64,000 bases of DNA from Syntrophorhabdaceae bacterium (GCA_963665295.1 OY762209.1:4576001-4640000), one strand, 5' to 3'. Positions 28,763 through 38,767 are shown, numbered from the stretch's first letter. Notes: generated from the sequence alone by a model not told the origin. Translations and numbers: made by a program.

Positions 28763-30486
28763 CCCTGATCCACCGCCAAAAATAATTGAAAACCTCGTTG
28801 GCGCTGAATAATCAGCATGATAGAATAAAGGTAGCCAACCAAATCTATCACCAACGAGGTGAATCAATTATGCCACAAGGTCTCCTCGCTTACAAGTATG
28901 AAGAAGACAGAAAGGGTTCGGCCATGACCGCCCTCGCCGGACTCCCCCTCTACCTGGATCTGGCCTTTACCCTTGGCCTACCTGAGAGCATCGGGCATCA
29001 TTTGTCCCTTCGACCGCATCAGGGGTGGACTGACTCCCGGATGATCATGTCTCTTATGCTGCTTGCTCTCGCAGGCGGGGAATGTGTCGACGACCTTAAA
29101 GTGCTGGAAGCCGATAAAGGGTTTTGCCGACTCCTTGAGCGCATGGAACCGACGCTCTCTTTGCGTTTTCGGAGAGAGAAGACGCGCGTTGTTCCCTCTC
29201 CCTCATCCGTATTCCGCTATCTCGCCGCTTTCCACGATACCTCGCTCCTTGACGGCTTTACGCGCATCAACCGCGATCTCGCTGCGTCCTTCCAACGGAG
29301 AAGATCCTCATCTGTTGCGACACTCGACATGGATGCCACCCTCGTGGAGACCGCAAAAAAGAATGCCTTCTTCTCATATGAGGGGTATAAGGCCTACCAG
29401 CCTCTTCAGGTATTCTGGGCGGAACAGGAACTCCTTGTCCATACCGAGTTTCGAAACGGCAATACTCCCGCCAACCATGACCTTCTCAGGGTTTTTAAGG
29501 AAACCCTCGACGGCCTGCCTCAAGGAGTAAAGAAGGTCCGCCTCCGCTCCGACGGTGCGGGCTATGTCCATGATCTTCTCGCATACTGCGACAAAGGAGC
29601 GCATCCGCGATTCGGAAGGGTAGAGTTCGCGATCAGTTGTCCCGTTACCGAGGCGTTCAAGCGCGAGGTCTCTCTTGTACCCGATGAGGAATGGAAGAAT
29701 CTTGACAGTCGCCGCCAGTGGGCGACGGTGGTGTTCGTGCCCAATGCCCTCGCCCATTCAAAAAAGGGACAAACCTACCGCTACTTCGTCATTCGCGAGC
29801 CGCTTCGTCAACCTGTGCTGCCCGGTATGGATCTTCCCTTTGCGACCCTCGATCACAAGGGCGTGCAGTACAAGCTCCGGGGGCTCGTCTCGAACATGGA
29901 GTGGGCAGGGGAGAGACTCATTACCTTCTCCTATGAACGTTGCGGTAAGAGCGAGGAGGCCCACGCCGTCCTAAAAGAGGACCTCGCAGGCGGAAAGCTC
30001 CCGTCGGGGAACTTCGGAGAGAATGCGGCATGGTGGTGGATCATGGTCCTTGCTTTCAATCTTCATGCAGCCATGAAACAACTCGCCCTCGGAGGCTCCT
30101 GGGTGCAAAAGCGGATAAAAGCAATCCGCTTCGGTCTTATCAACCTGCCCGGCCGGATCGTCGACCATGCCCGGCAACTGGTGATCAGGATTGCAAGGTA
30201 CCATCCCTCCTTCGCTCTTCTTGCGGAAGCACGGCAGAAAATCATGAGACTGGCTCTGTCGGGATAGCATGCGTGGGAAAACCCTGAGATGAAGGAGAAG
30301 CATAAGGCGCATTGCAAAAGGAGAGGTGCGCGCCAAAATACCCTTAGGAGGAACATAAACGGTGTCTCCTTAAACGAACGGCAGCGGACGAACCTTTTTT
30401 GATGCCCAAAAAAGGGTGAGTTGATCAAAATTCTGATTCAGGGATCATAAAGCGGGGGATAGGGAAGAGTAGGCGGTGGATTTGGG
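28763..30486 (+). mobile_element. Complete IS1380-family element (1724 bp)
   Basis: IRL CCCTGATCCACCGCC versus IRR reverse complement CCCAAATCCACCGCC (13/15 match); 5-bp TSD TTTTG at 28758-28762 and 30487-30491. Confidence 0.9.
28870..30267 (+). CDS. IS1380-family transposase
   Basis: LDMDAT, FRNGN, LRSDGAG, YERCGKSEEAHAVLK, PSGNFGENAAWW. Confidence 0.92.
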   Translation: MPQGLLAYKYEEDRKGSAMTALAGLPLYLDLAFTLGLPESIGHHLSLRPHQGWTDSRMIMSLMLLALAGGECVDDLKVLEADKGFCRLLERMEPTLSLRFRREKTRVVPSPSSVFRYLAAFHDTSLLDGFTRINRDLAASFQRRRSSSVATLDMDATLVETAKKNAFFSYEGYKAYQPLQVFWAEQELLVHTEFRNGNTPANHDLLRVFKETLDGLPQGVKKVRLRSDGAGYVHDLLAYCDKGAHPRFGRVEFAISCPVTEAFKREVSLVPDEEWKNLDSRRQWATVVFVPNALAHSKKGQTYRYFVIREPLRQPVLPGMDLPFATLDHKGVQYKLRGLVSNMEWAGERLITFSYERCGKSEEAHAVLKEDLAGGKLPSGNFGENAAWWWIMVLAFNLHAAMKQLALGGSWVQKRIKAIRFGLINLPGRIVDHARQLVIRIARYHPSFALLAEARQKIMRLALSG

Positions 30487-30536
30487 TTTTGCGGTAACCC
30501 TTTCAATGGGGCTTTTGATATGATAAAATGCTTCAC

Positions 30537-30590
30537 AAGGTGATGGAGTTCACCTTCCAACCGCCTCTTCGGGGCTGATGACTCCTACCA
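30537..30590 (+). ncRNA. Fluoride riboswitch (crcB motif)
   Basis: GGUGAUGGAGUUCACC-uucc-AACCGCC-ucuucgg-GGCUGAUGACUCCUAC; P1 GGUGA/UCACC and pseudoknot GGAGU/ACUCC both pair. Confidence 0.92.
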
Positions 30591-30647
30591 TTCATGCGCA
30601 GCCGTTTTCGGCAAGAAATATCTGCCGGGGCTGCTGAGGAGGAGCAC

Positions 30648-32366
30648 ATGGCCGACACCGCAGAGAATCATTCCTCCGACATGACTCTTGAGTCCTGCCG
30701 CGACCTGCTCGGCAAGGTTGAGGACGCCTGTCGTAAATTCGATATCATTTCTTTAAGAAGATCGATCGAGGTCTCACGCGGCCTTCTCACGGAACGGCCT
30801 GTGATTGACGTCGCCGTTCTGGGGCAGTTCAAGGCAGGCAAAAGCTCGTTCCTGAACAGTATCATAGGTAGACCCGTTCTTCCGGTAGGCGTCATACCGG
30901 TCACCACTGTCATTACCCGCCTTCAGTACGGGGACAAGGAACGAGCGGTAGTCACGACCTTCGACGGCAGCCGGTGGGAAACCGGTATCGAAGGACTCGA
31001 GGAGTTCATATCCGAGGCAAGAAATCCCGCGAATGAAAAGAACGTGGAGGCGGTGGATATAGACCTCCCGTCCCTTAGACCCTATGTGGGCCTAAGGGTT
31101 GTTGACACGCCCGGCCTCGGCAGCGCCTTCACCTACAACACCGAGACCTCCCGCGAATGGCTGCCCCGGGTAGGCACCGCCATCGTCGCAATAAGCGCAG
31201 ACAGACCTCTGGCGGAAAGCGACATCGATCTTATCAGGAATCTGATGGGACACACACCGAAGGTTGTCCTCCTTCTCACCAAAGCCGACCTGCTCTCCGA
31301 AGGGGAGCGGAAAGAGGTAATGCAGTTTTTCAAGACTACCTTGAAGAGAGTGCTTGGTCTGGAGTTACCCATGTTCATGTATTCGACGACCCGCGAAACG
31401 GACGCCTTCAAAAGGAAGATCGATCACGTACTGCTCGGCCTGTCACGTCACCGGGACCTGGAGTTTCAGAACATTCTCGAATACAAGGTGGGAGCCCTCG
31501 CAAAGGGCTGCGCCGGTTACCTGGAAATAGCGCTCAGGACCGCCACGGAAGCCAACGTGGACAGGCGGAACCTCAGAGAGCTAATTATTAACGAGAAGGT
31601 CGAATATGAGGCCATAGAGCCCGAACTCTCCCTTATGGCAAGAGAAAACATGCTTCAGACAAGAACAATTATCGCCGCCCGGCTGGAAATGATAAGATCC
31701 GGTTTCACGACGCGCCTGGTGCAAAGGCTCACCGGGGCGCTTCCTTCCTGGAAGGGAAACCTCTGGCAACTCACCCGCACGTATGAAGAGTGGCTTGAGC
31801 AGAATCTGGTGCGGGAGGTCGAGGCCATATCGGAAGAAGAGCACATCCATTTTTTTGGAACCCTAAAGAAAACCCGGGAAAGTATCTCCAGAAGCTTGGA
31901 GTTATTCAGACATTATCTCAACTCAAATATAACGAAGGTCCTTGGGGTGACCCTCGAAAAGACCGACTGGAAGATGGAGGTGACCGAACCGTCTCACGCC
32001 CATGTGGTGTTCATAAAGACCTTCGATTTTCACCTCGATCTGGTCTGGTTCATGATTCCCATGTTCATCTTCAGAAAGGCTTTCGAAAGGCACTTTCTGA
32101 AGAAAATACCCCGGATCGCGGAAATCCACCTCTCCCGCCTCGCGTACCAATGGGAGGTCCGCATTAACGACGTTATAGAAGAAATGAAGGTTCAGGCACT
32201 CCGGCATGTACGGGAGGAGTTGTCCACAATAGAGAGTCTGCTGTCGGAGAGCCCCGACCGGACAGAAGAGATCCTTTGCGCTTTGGACGGCCTGAGGGCG
32301 GGACCCGATATCCGCAAGGGAACGGATGCCTCCCGCCATCACGGCAACGATTCCGACAGACAATGA
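30648..32366 (+). CDS. Dynamin-like GTPase (bacterial dynamin family)
   Basis: G1 GQFKAGKSS, G2 PVTT, G3 DTPG, G4 TKAD; long helical C-terminal stalk with hydrophobic tip LVWFMIPMFIF. Confidence 0.85.
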   Translation: MADTAENHSSDMTLESCRDLLGKVEDACRKFDIISLRRSIEVSRGLLTERPVIDVAVLGQFKAGKSSFLNSIIGRPVLPVGVIPVTTVITRLQYGDKERAVVTTFDGSRWETGIEGLEEFISEARNPANEKNVEAVDIDLPSLRPYVGLRVVDTPGLGSAFTYNTETSREWLPRVGTAIVAISADRPLAESDIDLIRNLMGHTPKVVLLLTKADLLSEGERKEVMQFFKTTLKRVLGLELPMFMYSTTRETDAFKRKIDHVLLGLSRHRDLEFQNILEYKVGALAKGCAGYLEIALRTATEANVDRRNLRELIINEKVEYEAIEPELSLMARENMLQTRTIIAARLEMIRSGFTTRLVQRLTGALPSWKGNLWQLTRTYEEWLEQNLVREVEAISEEEHIHFFGTLKKTRESISRSLELFRHYLNSNITKVLGVTLEKTDWKMEVTEPSHAHVVFIKTFDFHLDLVWFMIPMFIFRKAFERHFLKKIPRIAEIHLSRLAYQWEVRINDVIEEMKVQALRHVREELSTIESLLSESPDRTEEILCALDGLRAGPDIRKGTDASRHHGNDSDRQ

Positions 32367-32426
32367 AGGATCAGCGGAAGTCCGCTATAGTGGTGACATG
32401 TCACGCAGACCCAAGGAGGAATACCT

Positions 32427-33467
32427 ATGCCGTCTTCAAGAATACGCTTTGAAGCCCACAAATCGGAAAGCACTTTCCTTGATCCCAGAAAGGGTTTCGA
32501 ACCCTCACGGGTGCCCTTCGAGGTGCGGATCGATCCCCTGACCGGAAGGACCGGTCACTTTTCTCATTTCGGGGCGATCAAAGCCCAGGCGCTACCCCTT
32601 GACGCATACGCCTCAAGGGAAATAAAGGGATTTTGCCCTTTTTGCCCGAAGAACAGGGAGACCTACACACCCCGTTTTCCCGGCGGTACACTGACCGAAG
32701 GCAGACCTGCGAGGAACCAGGCGGTCCTCATTCCCAACCTTTACCCTTACGACATCCACAACGGCGTGGTCATCATGACGGACCGCCACGTGGCCACCCT
32801 CGATGAATTTGACGAGCAGCGTTTAGGGGATTCCTTTTCCCTCGGCATCGATTTCCTCAAGGAAATAGGTTCCACGGACCTGTCGCTCCCCTATCACGTG
32901 ATGACCTGGAACTATATGCCCCCCTCGGGCGGAGGACTCGTCCATCCCCATCAGCAGTACTTCGCGTCCAAATACCCGGGAAACCAGTACATGGATGAAC
33001 TCCGGTCGTCGGCCCGTTTCTTCGACGAAGAGGGGGCAAACTACTGGGTAGAATTGGCCGGAGAAGAAAAAAGGCTCGGTCGCCGCTTCATAGGCAGTAT
33101 AGACGGCACGCACTGGCTCGCCTCCTTCGTTTCCCTGGGACTGCTGGGAGAGATTCTCTGCGTGTTCCCGGACACCTTCTCCGTCGGAGACTTCGCCTGC
33201 CGCCATCAGGACGCGCTTGTGGCCGGACTCATCAAGGTATTCAGATATTTCATCGCAGAGGGCATCGGCAGCTTCAACGCTTCCCTTTCTTTCGGCCCTC
33301 CGGGCCAAAGCTTCTTCTCGACCCATTTCAGGATTGTACCGAGGACCTTTCTCAACCTGCGGGATTACGCGTCGGATTTCAATTTCTTTCAAGCCGTCCT
33401 CGGCGAACCCGTGAGCGTGGTTATGCCGGAGGCCCTGGCAGGCGATGTAAGAAAGTTCTTTACGTAG
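32427..33467 (+). CDS. Galactose-1-phosphate uridylyltransferase-like (HIT superfamily) protein
   Basis: RIDPLTG, CPFC, PNLYPY, HPHQQ (HxHxQ). Confidence 0.8.
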   Translation: MPSSRIRFEAHKSESTFLDPRKGFEPSRVPFEVRIDPLTGRTGHFSHFGAIKAQALPLDAYASREIKGFCPFCPKNRETYTPRFPGGTLTEGRPARNQAVLIPNLYPYDIHNGVVIMTDRHVATLDEFDEQRLGDSFSLGIDFLKEIGSTDLSLPYHVMTWNYMPPSGGGLVHPHQQYFASKYPGNQYMDELRSSARFFDEEGANYWVELAGEEKRLGRRFIGSIDGTHWLASFVSLGLLGEILCVFPDTFSVGDFACRHQDALVAGLIKVFRYFIAEGIGSFNASLSFGPPGQSFFSTHFRIVPRTFLNLRDYASDFNFFQAVLGEPVSVVMPEALAGDVRKFFT

Positions 33468-33552
33468 AGGGCAACTTTTTTTCGTTGCGCAGTAATTGAA
33501 ATTCGGGCAGAATACTTAGAGGGAATATGATCATAACCCAGGGGGTGGTCCA

Positions 33553-35688
33553 ATGAAGAAAACATGCCTGACTTCCGCAGTCTTTTGTATGGTTCTGGTG
33601 TTCACTCTGTTTTCGGGTCTCGCCCTTGGCGCAAAGACCCCCCAGCAGGCATCGTGCAAAGGATGCCATTCCGACTTCAAGGAAATCCTGCCCCAGGGGC
33701 ATAAACCCGTAAAGGGAGATGGTATCAAAGCATGCCTGCCCTGCCATGGGGTTGCCGGAACGACGGATACCAAGGCGGATCCGTTTTTCAACCGCCTCCA
33801 CAAGGCCCATGCGTCCGAGGCCGACTGCTCCCTGTGCCACACTTACAAACCGGGCAAATCGTTTACCGTGACAGGCGCAAAGAAGTCTGAGGGGGCCCTT
33901 GCCCGCAAAGACATGGAGTTGATCAGGAAGAACACCCTCTCGTCGTCTTCCTCCGGATACCTGGATTCGGTTCACGCCCGCAAGGACCTGGCATGCCGGG
34001 CTTGCCATGGCAAGACGCTCATCCCGGATGACAACGAAACCCGCGAAAACGGGCGGTGCATCACATGCCACGGCTCCCTGGAAAAGCTGGCTTCCAAATC
34101 CGCCGACCATATCAACCCCCACAAATCACACCTGGGGGAAATCAGTTGTACCGTTTGTCACCATGTCCATGGAGCATCAAAACCGTATTGCGCCAACTGT
34201 CACACCTTCAAGATGAAAATACCCGGCTCCGGCAAGGAAGGGGCGACGAAGCCCGCGGACAAAGGGGCGTCCGTAATCCCCGAGGTTGTTGAACCCAGGG
34301 GCCTGAAGTTCGAGAAGACCGACGTGGTGGTGATAGGATCGGGAGCAGCGGGCCTGACCGCCGCTATTACTGTCCGCGACGCGGGATTGAAGGTGATCGT
34401 CCTTGAAAAACAGCCCATTACCGGGGGAAACAGCATGCTCGCCGCAGGCGGAATGAACGCGGCAGATACACCGGTCCAAAAAGCAAAAGGGATCAAAGAC
34501 TCCCCTGACCTTATGTACAGGGACACGATGACAGGGGGCAAGAACCTCAATGACCCCGCCCTCGTCACAATCCTCGCAAGAAATTCCGCGGGCTCCGTGG
34601 AGTGGCTTACAAAACTGGGGGCCGACCTCAGCGACGTGGGACGCCTGGGAGGGGCAAGCGTGGACCGGGCCCACAGACCTAAGGGAGGGACCGCAGTAGG
34701 GGCGAACATCGTCAACACTTTGAGAAAAGCCGCCTCCCACCGGGCCATCGACGTCCGCGTCAACAGCAAGGTGGTAAAGGTCCTTGAAGATGAGAGCGGC
34801 CGGGTAACCGGGGTACTCGTGGAGGGAACCCACAAAGGACTCTACGGAATAAAGGCAGGGGCGGTAATAAACGCCGCCGGGGGCTTTTCGGCAAACCCCG
34901 CCAAGGTGGCGCTCTACAGGCCGGAGTATGCGGGTATGACCACGTCGAATCAGCCCGGCGCAACAGGTGACGGGATGGACCTCGGTGCGCAGGCCCGCGG
35001 AGAACTGCGGGACATGAAACAGATCCAGATTCACCCCTCGGTGGCAGTGGGGAGCAGAATACTGATTACCGAGGCAGTGAGGGGTAACGGGGCGATCATG
35101 GTAAACCGTGAAGGAAAACGCTTCGTCAATGAAATCACGACACGGGACGCCGCGTCGGCCGCGGTCCTCGCCCAGCCCGGTAAGACTGCCTTCCTTATCT
35201 TCGATGATGGGATACGTAAAAGCCTGAAACAGATCGAGGGTTATTTCCACCTCGAACTTGTAAAAGAGGGTGAGACTCTTGAGGAACTTTCCCGGAAGAT
35301 CAAAGTGCCGCCCGATGTGCTGAAAAATACCATCGAGCAGTACAACAGATTCTATGACTCGAAAGCCGATCCGGACTTCAAGCGGTCCGATATGCCCCGT
35401 CCGATCAAGGGTCCCCGGTATTACGCCATTGAAATAGCCCCGGGCATCCATTACACCATGGGCGGACTGAAGATCAATACGGACACCCAGGTCATCGCCA
35501 AGGACGGCAAACCGATCCCGGGGTTCTTCGCCGCAGGTGAAGTGACAGGCGGCGTTCACGGCGCAAACCGCCTTGGAGGAAACTCGATCTCGGAGACAAT
35601 TACCTTCGGCAGAATTGCGGGAGCCAATGCGGCAAAATCCGTGAAGGAGATGGTGAAAAAGAAACAGCCGACCCGCGGAAAGCCCTGA
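33553..35688 (+). CDS. Periplasmic flavocytochrome c (7 hemes + fumarate-reductase-type FAD domain)
   Basis: Signal peptide; 7 CxxCH; GSGAAG, QIHPS, TEAVRG, TTRD, HYTMGG, NRLGGNS. Confidence 0.92.
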   Translation: MKKTCLTSAVFCMVLVFTLFSGLALGAKTPQQASCKGCHSDFKEILPQGHKPVKGDGIKACLPCHGVAGTTDTKADPFFNRLHKAHASEADCSLCHTYKPGKSFTVTGAKKSEGALARKDMELIRKNTLSSSSSGYLDSVHARKDLACRACHGKTLIPDDNETRENGRCITCHGSLEKLASKSADHINPHKSHLGEISCTVCHHVHGASKPYCANCHTFKMKIPGSGKEGATKPADKGASVIPEVVEPRGLKFEKTDVVVIGSGAAGLTAAITVRDAGLKVIVLEKQPITGGNSMLAAGGMNAADTPVQKAKGIKDSPDLMYRDTMTGGKNLNDPALVTILARNSAGSVEWLTKLGADLSDVGRLGGASVDRAHRPKGGTAVGANIVNTLRKAASHRAIDVRVNSKVVKVLEDESGRVTGVLVEGTHKGLYGIKAGAVINAAGGFSANPAKVALYRPEYAGMTTSNQPGATGDGMDLGAQARGELRDMKQIQIHPSVAVGSRILITEAVRGNGAIMVNREGKRFVNEITTRDAASAAVLAQPGKTAFLIFDDGIRKSLKQIEGYFHLELVKEGETLEELSRKIKVPPDVLKNTIEQYNRFYDSKADPDFKRSDMPRPIKGPRYYAIEIAPGIHYTMGGLKINTDTQVIAKDGKPIPGFFAAGEVTGGVHGANRLGGNSISETITFGRIAGANAAKSVKEMVKKKQPTRGKP

Positions 35689-35730
35689 CCCATACGGGCC
35701 TTATGGGACAGGGCCCTCAATTGACCGTGG

Positions 35731-36279
35731 TTACCCTGTCAGCAAAACGCGCCCCATTGCGGCCCCAGTTTTACCGGTATCCATGACTTGCCTGTACTGA
35801 TTGACTGCTTGCTGCAGCATGTTTTTTGATTGAGAAAGCAGACTTTGGGTCGCAGACTGGGTCGCCGACAACGGGCTTGACGTGCCTCCCGTTCCGGTCG
35901 CCCCCTGGAGCAATTCTTCCTTGCTGATTGCTCCGTCGCTATTTGCGTCCATCTGGCTGAAGACCTGGTCCGAACCCTGAAGGAGACTCATCAGGGACGC
36001 CGTCGAACCTGACTGGAAATTCGCCAGGGCATCGGTTATCTGCCCCTCCATTGTCGTTTTCGCCTTCTTCAATTCCTCTTTGCTGATTGTGCCGTCTCCA
36101 TTGGTGTCCATCTTGCCGAAGGCCTGGTCCAAAGAGAGGACCCGTGTCTTCGAAGCGGACTGATACCCTGTAGCGGCGATCTGATCGGATCCGCCGCTCA
36201 CAGTCGATGAGTTCGCCATCATCTGGCGAACCTGAGTCAAGTATGCGGAAGTTCCCGCACCGCTAATTCCACCAACCAT
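35731..36279 (-). CDS. EF-hand domain protein
   Basis: DTNGDGTISKEE and DANSDGAISKEE; AAGGAGG RBS. Confidence 0.8.
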   Translation of the reverse strand: MVGGISGAGTSAYLTQVRQMMANSSTVSGGSDQIAATGYQSASKTRVLSLDQAFGKMDTNGDGTISKEELKKAKTTMEGQITDALANFQSGSTASLMSLLQGSDQVFSQMDANSDGAISKEELLQGATGTGGTSSPLSATQSATQSLLSQSKNMLQQAVNQYRQVMDTGKTGAAMGRVLLTG

Positions 36280-36399
36280 ACCCACCTCCTTTCTCGACCC
36301 CGGCGCCGTACCTTTCCTGAGGTATATTTCCAAGGCTCAGGCCCGTCGCTTCCCTGCCCTCGCGGCGCCCCGGTCGAACAATTCCATGTATCAAAGGGT

Positions 36400-36415
36400 T
36401 GCAATGGGCGTGCCA
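36400..36415 (-). promoter_or_regulatory. Sigma54 promoter for the EF-hand gene
   Basis: Minus strand TGGCACG-CCCA-TTGCA, a consensus -24/-12 element. Confidence 0.75.
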
Positions 36416-36570
36416 CCGGTCTAAGCAACGGACCGGTAAAAATAACTCCGTTATTTCAATGGGATGAGATTATTGGACCAAACCCGCCCTGAGGCCGGCG
36501 TGGGAAAATATTTCCCTTTAGGGAATATTATGCCGACCTTCCATAACCCGGCGGGCACCGGCCAAAGCAT

Positions 36571-36765
36571 CTATTCGACGAACTTCAGCCCGCAGGCTTT
36601 GCATTCTTTCGCATCGCCGTTATCTTCAATTATGACCCTGCAGGCCGGGCACATTGTCAGGAGGCCCGCTCCGCATACAGGACAAGTCTTCCCGCCGGTT
36701 TCCCCGGCGGTCGTTTTACATTCGGGGCATGTCCGGATCTTCACAGCTTTGTCTTTCGTCGCCAT
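36571..36765 (-). CDS. Small double zinc-ribbon protein
   Basis: CPEC, CPVC, CPAC, CKAC; GGGAGG RBS. Confidence 0.7.
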   Translation of the reverse strand: MATKDKAVKIRTCPECKTTAGETGGKTCPVCGAGLLTMCPACRVIIEDNGDAKECKACGLKFVE

Positions 36766-36940
36766 TTTAACCCTCCCTGGAACGACTTTTCTTCCGCGCC
36801 TGTCCGGCGCTTCACTTTCAATGTTTGACGGTTGTGATAATTTGTCAAGTGACTGTCTCATCCGTGGGGTCCGGTCCCGTAGTCGCATTATTCAATTGAT
36901 AAGTCACGGCATAACAGGTAATAAATATAAAGATAGGGTG

Positions 36941-38146
36941 ATGAGAACAACACTGAAGACGCCGACAGGAACCGACCGGAGGGCCGGCGATGGGGGAGAC
37001 GACTGGTACTACCGCGTGCAGGACGGCGGTCACGACCTCGTGAGGGGACCCTTTTCCAGGGCAGAGTTGCGAACTCTTTGCTCGCGGGGACATGTCCCTC
37101 CACGGGCAATGGTCCGTAACGGCTTGAGGGGCGACTGGCAGCTTGCTGGCACGTATTTTCCTTCCTTCGTCAAAACAAGGATGCGTCCGTCACTGGGTCA
37201 CATTGTGCTCCCTGTATTGTTTGTAGTCCTTCTCGTCGCTCTCTATGCGCGCGACAGCCGCAATGGGCCCTACCCGCGGGTCCTCCCCTTCGGAAAGACG
37301 GCAACACCGGACAAGTTTGTCTTCCTCTCCTTGAAACCTATGGAGCCGTTCCGCGCACCTAATCCCCTTCCCACCGAGAAGCCCCCGGAGCCTCTTCTCA
37401 CAAAACAGAGGGTAATCATGTGGACCAACGAAGCAAGGGTTCAGGAGATGCTGCCTCCCCTCGCGGAAAACAAGCAGTTGGACATGGTCGCGGAAGAACG
37501 GGTCAATGATATGTTCAGAAGACAGTATTTCGCACATGTCGCTCCCTCCGGTGAGGATGTATCCGAAGGAGTCCGAAAAATAGGCTACCAGTACAGGCTC
37601 TTGTCCGAAAACATAGCCAAAGGGGCATTCCGCGACGAACAGAGAGTAGTTCAGGGGTGGCTCCACAGCGAAGGGCATCGGAAGAACATGCTTTCCCAGG
37701 ATGTCGAAGAGATCGGGGTAGGCGTAGGAAAAGGGAGCCTCAACGGTGAGATCGTCTGGATCGCCGTACAGGTATTCGGCAAGTCGCTTCCTCCCGCTGC
37801 CGATAAGGCCGCCACCGAGCGGACAGCGAAATCGTCACAGGCGGTATGCGTGAAACCGAATGAGACTCTCCGTTCCGGCATAGACGCCCTTCGAGCCGAA
37901 GTATCCCTTATCGGCAAGGCAGCGGCGGGCTTGAAGACAGAGATCGAAACCGATAGGAACGGTCTTTTGTCCAAATCCCGGACCAAGCAGGAGTACGACG
38001 AGAATCTGTTGCAGCAATACGCGGCAAGAATCCGGAAGTACAATCTCCTGGTAGGGGAAATGAAGAGGAAGGACCAGTTGGCCAGGGAGATGGTCGCCGA
38101 ATACAATTCGGAAGTGGACGGCTATAACGGCTGTATCAGGGATTGA
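36941..38146 (+). CDS. GYF_2-like domain + TM + CAP (SCP) domain + coiled-coil protein
   Basis: WYY...GPFS..EL; TM; TNEAR, YFAH, ENIA, WLHSEGHRKNM, EIGVG. Start placed at ATG 36941. Confidence 0.82.
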   Translation: MRTTLKTPTGTDRRAGDGGDDWYYRVQDGGHDLVRGPFSRAELRTLCSRGHVPPRAMVRNGLRGDWQLAGTYFPSFVKTRMRPSLGHIVLPVLFVVLLVALYARDSRNGPYPRVLPFGKTATPDKFVFLSLKPMEPFRAPNPLPTEKPPEPLLTKQRVIMWTNEARVQEMLPPLAENKQLDMVAEERVNDMFRRQYFAHVAPSGEDVSEGVRKIGYQYRLLSENIAKGAFRDEQRVVQGWLHSEGHRKNMLSQDVEEIGVGVGKGSLNGEIVWIAVQVFGKSLPPAADKAATERTAKSSQAVCVKPNETLRSGIDALRAEVSLIGKAAAGLKTEIETDRNGLLSKSRTKQEYDENLLQQYAARIRKYNLLVGEMKRKDQLAREMVAEYNSEVDGYNGCIRD

Positions 38147-38201
38147 CCGACCCGGTGTTTTCAATCACGAAAATGCATATATTACCTCAGGAGGTGACGC
38201 G

Positions 38202-38498
38202 ATGACAGGGAAAGGGATTGCAGGTGTCATACTTATGGTCATGGTCGCTTTCGGGGTCCTGACCGGGACGTCAACGGCCGACTGGGGGAAACCGGAAACC
38301 CAGGTCTACTGTTATATCGGGTTCAGGGACAATAACCAGTACCTCGGGACCGTCGATGTTTTTGATCCGCCCAAGGCAGCCGCCTACTGTAACATGATGT
38401 ACAATGACTGCAACGGGAACTGCACCGGCTGTTTCGATGATGAGGCAGCGCAGGAGATATGCATCGGCAGTTCGGGTGCGCCTTTTTACCATTACTGA
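38202..38498 (+). CDS. Small secreted Cys-rich protein
   Basis: Signal peptide; 6 Cys; AGGAGG RBS. Confidence 0.7.
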   Translation: MTGKGIAGVILMVMVAFGVLTGTSTADWGKPETQVYCYIGFRDNNQYLGTVDVFDPPKAAAYCNMMYNDCNGNCTGCFDDEAAQEICIGSSGAPFYHY

Positions 38499-38767
38499 GG
38501 GTGGTTGCGGTTACCTTTTCTTCGGTCCAGTATTTCCGCAAGCACGGGTATGAGAACCATGCCGAAAGGGAGCAGGAAGACCATGAGGGCGGGCACGTAA
38601 ACGGCCAGGCGTCGCAGATAATTTTTTAACAGAACTTTTTCTTCCTTTGTCCATTTGTCCGTGCTGTTCCGCGGTTTCATCAGCACCCTCATAAAGCCTT
38701 CCGCATGTTCCGCCTCGCGTCTGATCATGGAGACATTCTTTTCCAGGTGTGTTTTAAAGATTCCCAT
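38492..38767 (-). CDS. Hypothetical membrane protein
   Basis: WTKEEK...VPALMVFLLPFG...LDRR. Confidence 0.6.
   Translation of the reverse strand: MGIFKTHLEKNVSMIRREAEHAEGFMRVLMKPRNSTDKWTKEEKVLLKNYLRRLAVYVPALMVFLLPFGMVLIPVLAEILDRRKGNRNHPQ

Noticed and set aside
24238..30486. Composite transposon carrying the methanogen-marker genes
   Set aside because: The two ISs belong to different families and each has its own TSD, so they inserted independently.
36464..36940. N-terminal extension of the CAP protein ORF
   Set aside because: Overlaps the minus-strand zinc-ribbon gene; recognisable domains start after ATG 36941.
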